A DNA stretch of 64,000 bases, taken from assembly GCF_018350175.1 (NCBI RefSeq), contig NC_058368.1, forward strand, positions 225,682,001 through 225,746,000, read 5' to 3'. A model generated the notes under the pieces. It was not told where the DNA came from and made no database searches. It saw only the letters and a program-made list of their open reading frames with translations. Numbering within the stretch: the first letter of the stretch is position 1; every line of letters starts with the position of its first letter. This DNA is from Felis catus (lineage: Eukaryota). Position numbers and translations under genes: made by a program. Below, in pieces: positions 62,040 through 64,000 of the stretch.

Positions 62040-63200
62040 CATTTCTCTCATTTCCGCGATGTAATCCTCAGGATCTTTAGAGCAATGCTATTAGACCATA
62101 CCATCTACACTCCCTCCTCATCCAAGTATCTGGCTCACTGACTTTCTCTGCAGCATGATTCTGCAGACTTCTTTCACATGAACAATCCACCCGGTGCCCT
62201 GACTTCTTGATCCTTCGGCCTCATGACCTCCTCCCCCTCTAAATTCTAGCTTCCACTGACTCCTTTCCACTGCTTTTTAGCATACTCCCTGCTAGGTACA
62301 CTTCTTTAACCCTGTTACCTCATCAGGACCTCCCAGCCATGAAGCCACCATTTTCTTCAACGCTTTCACTTCCCTCCTGCCCCAGATTAGAATCTCTGGT
62401 CCATCACTATAATCATTCAATTGTGTTCACCCTCAACTCCTTTCTTATCCCTTCCTCTTCTCCACTTAGCCTAAAAAAAAAAAAAACCCATCCACGGTAA
62501 ACCCGATTCTCTAAGTCTGTCTGTGAGCGGCTGAATGTTGCTGGAGAAACACCCAAGCACACTCTCACCTTGAGCTTATGACCATGATTCTCAGAGGCTG
62601 CCCATCACCTCCACCCTCCCACCCTTCCCTAGTGAAGGGACTCCCATGGTTTCCTGGGTCCCAAGGCCACTATCTCAAAATCCCTCTCTTTTTAAACTTC
62701 ATGTCACTATTCCTCCCATCCCCCAACTTCTTACTTAATTATGCAAACCGAAGCAGAAAACACTGTACCTTCTACCACATCTTCCAATTTATCCCATGGA
62801 TTCCTGGGGCTTTTGTGCCATTTAGATGTTGACTTTCTCTTCCCTGAGCTCACAGTTTTTATATCCAGTTTCCTGTTTGTCTGCACTTGGACCCATATTA
62901 GGCATACGAAGTATAGTATGTCCAAGAAAGAATTCCTCTCCCAAGAGAGAATTTCCTCTCCCCCATCTTCCCTATGTCTACAGGTGTTAGATGTCATTTG
63001 TAATTCCTCTCTGTCCCTAACATCTTACTTTGGATGCATCAGCAATTCCTGTTGGCTGTGTGTCCCAGATGAGTTCCAAATCCAATCATTTCTCACCATA
63101 TCCACTGCTACCAATCTCTCTGACTAGTCCGGGAATCGCTAACTGATCTTGCTTCCTGCTTGTCTCCTCATCAATGACCAGGACAATCTTTTCAAGCTGG
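62040..63200 (+). mobile_element. L2 LINE fragment
   Basis: C/T-rich degenerate sequence with L2 3' phrases (catcagcaattcctgttggc, catttctcaccatatccactgctacc). Confidence 0.55.
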
Positions 63201-63333
63201 AAATTGAGGGGCTCTTGGGTGGCTCAGTCGGTCAAGTGCCCCACTCTTGATTTTAGCTCAGGTCATGATCTCACACAGTTCCTGAGATCGGGCCCCACCT
63301 TGGGCTTAGTGCTGAGTGTGGAGCCTCCTTGGG

Positions 63334-63377
<44 letters not shown>

Positions 63378-64000
63378 GTTCTCTCACTGTCTGTCCCTCA
63401 CCTGCTCACATGTTGTCATATACTCTTTCTCAAAATAAATAAACTTTTTAAAAAAATTTTTAACATTTTTACTTATTTTTGAGATACAGAGAGAGACAGA
63501 GCACGAGTGGGGGAAGAACAGAGAGAGAGGGAGACACAGAATCTGAAGCAGGCTCCAGGCTCTGAGCTGTCAGCACAGGGCCCAACGTGGGGCTCGAACC
63601 CATGAACCGTGAGATAATGACCTGAGCCGAAGTCAGACGCCTAATCGACTGAGCCACCCAGGGTGCCCCTCAAAATAAATAAACTTTAAAAAGAAAGATG
63701 AGGGGTGGCTGGGTGGCTTAGTCGGTTAAGCATCTGACTTCAGCTCAGGTCATGATCTCGCAGTTTGTGGGTTCAAGGCCCATGTCGGGCCCTGTGCTGA
63801 CAGCTCGGAGGCTGGAGCCTGCTTCGGATTCTGTATCTCCCTCTCTCTCTGCCCCCTCCCCTGCTCACACTCTCTCTCAAAAATAAACATAAAACACTGT
63901 TAAAAAGAGATGAAAATTGAACGAAGTCATGTTTTGCACAACACCCTTCATTAATTTTCTACCGTCTTTTAGAACAAACTCTAAACTGTGCATGGTCTGC

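Larger units (their letters stand above)
54659..63895. mobile_element. Dispersed intergenic SINEs (about 54659-54875 -, 55445-55650 +, 55671-55860 +, 59220-59430 -, 60265-60456 +, 61700-61910 -, 63207-63895 nested trio); the span is not contiguous
   Basis: SINEC consensus motifs. Confidence 0.85.

Noticed and set aside
2025..63657. Many similar short ORFs such as 'GAWVAQSVKRLTSAQVMISQFVGSSPASGSVLTAQSLEPASDSVSPSL'
   Set aside because: Translations of carnivore SINEs, not a gene family.
51250..64000. Possible downstream neighbouring gene
   Set aside because: No CpG-island promoter or recognisable coding exon. The region is dominated by LTR, LINE and SINE relics.

Overview
Eukaryotic (mammalian) genomic DNA, almost certainly a cat-family (Felidae) genome, judged from about 40 tRNA-derived carnivore SINEs of the feline SINEC_Fc type. 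It holds the 3' half of MYO10 (unconventional myosin-X) on the + strand. I traced 22 coding exons from 8586 to the TGA stop at 48816-48818; these correspond to human exons 20-41 by my recollection of the human gene. All splice phases join into one open frame of 4215 nt (1404 aa + stop), covering the motor end/converter, 3 IQ motifs, SAH and coiled coil, PEST, 3 PH domains, MyTH4 and FERM. A ~1.4 kb 3'UTR with several poly(A) signals follows, then ~14 kb of repeat-rich intergenic DNA (L1, L2, MLT LTRs, an ERVL pol relic, SINEs). The first ~8.5 kb is the end of the large intron that is known in other mammals to hold the internal promoters of 'headless' Myo10. There I see an RFX/SOX/homeobox motif cluster followed by a strong splice donor that would join in frame to exon 20. 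Other points worth checking are a GC-AG intron, an apparent 8-residue deletion in the SAH lever arm, two candidate cassette or micro-exons in the split PH1 intron, miR-124/miR-155 seed sites interleaved with poly(A) signals, and several nested or permuted retroelement structures. I found no evidence of a wholly new gene system. Nearly all supplied ORFs outside MYO10 exons are repeat-derived or chance. Repeat family names come from recalled consensus sequences, not a database search, and repeat boundaries are approximate.
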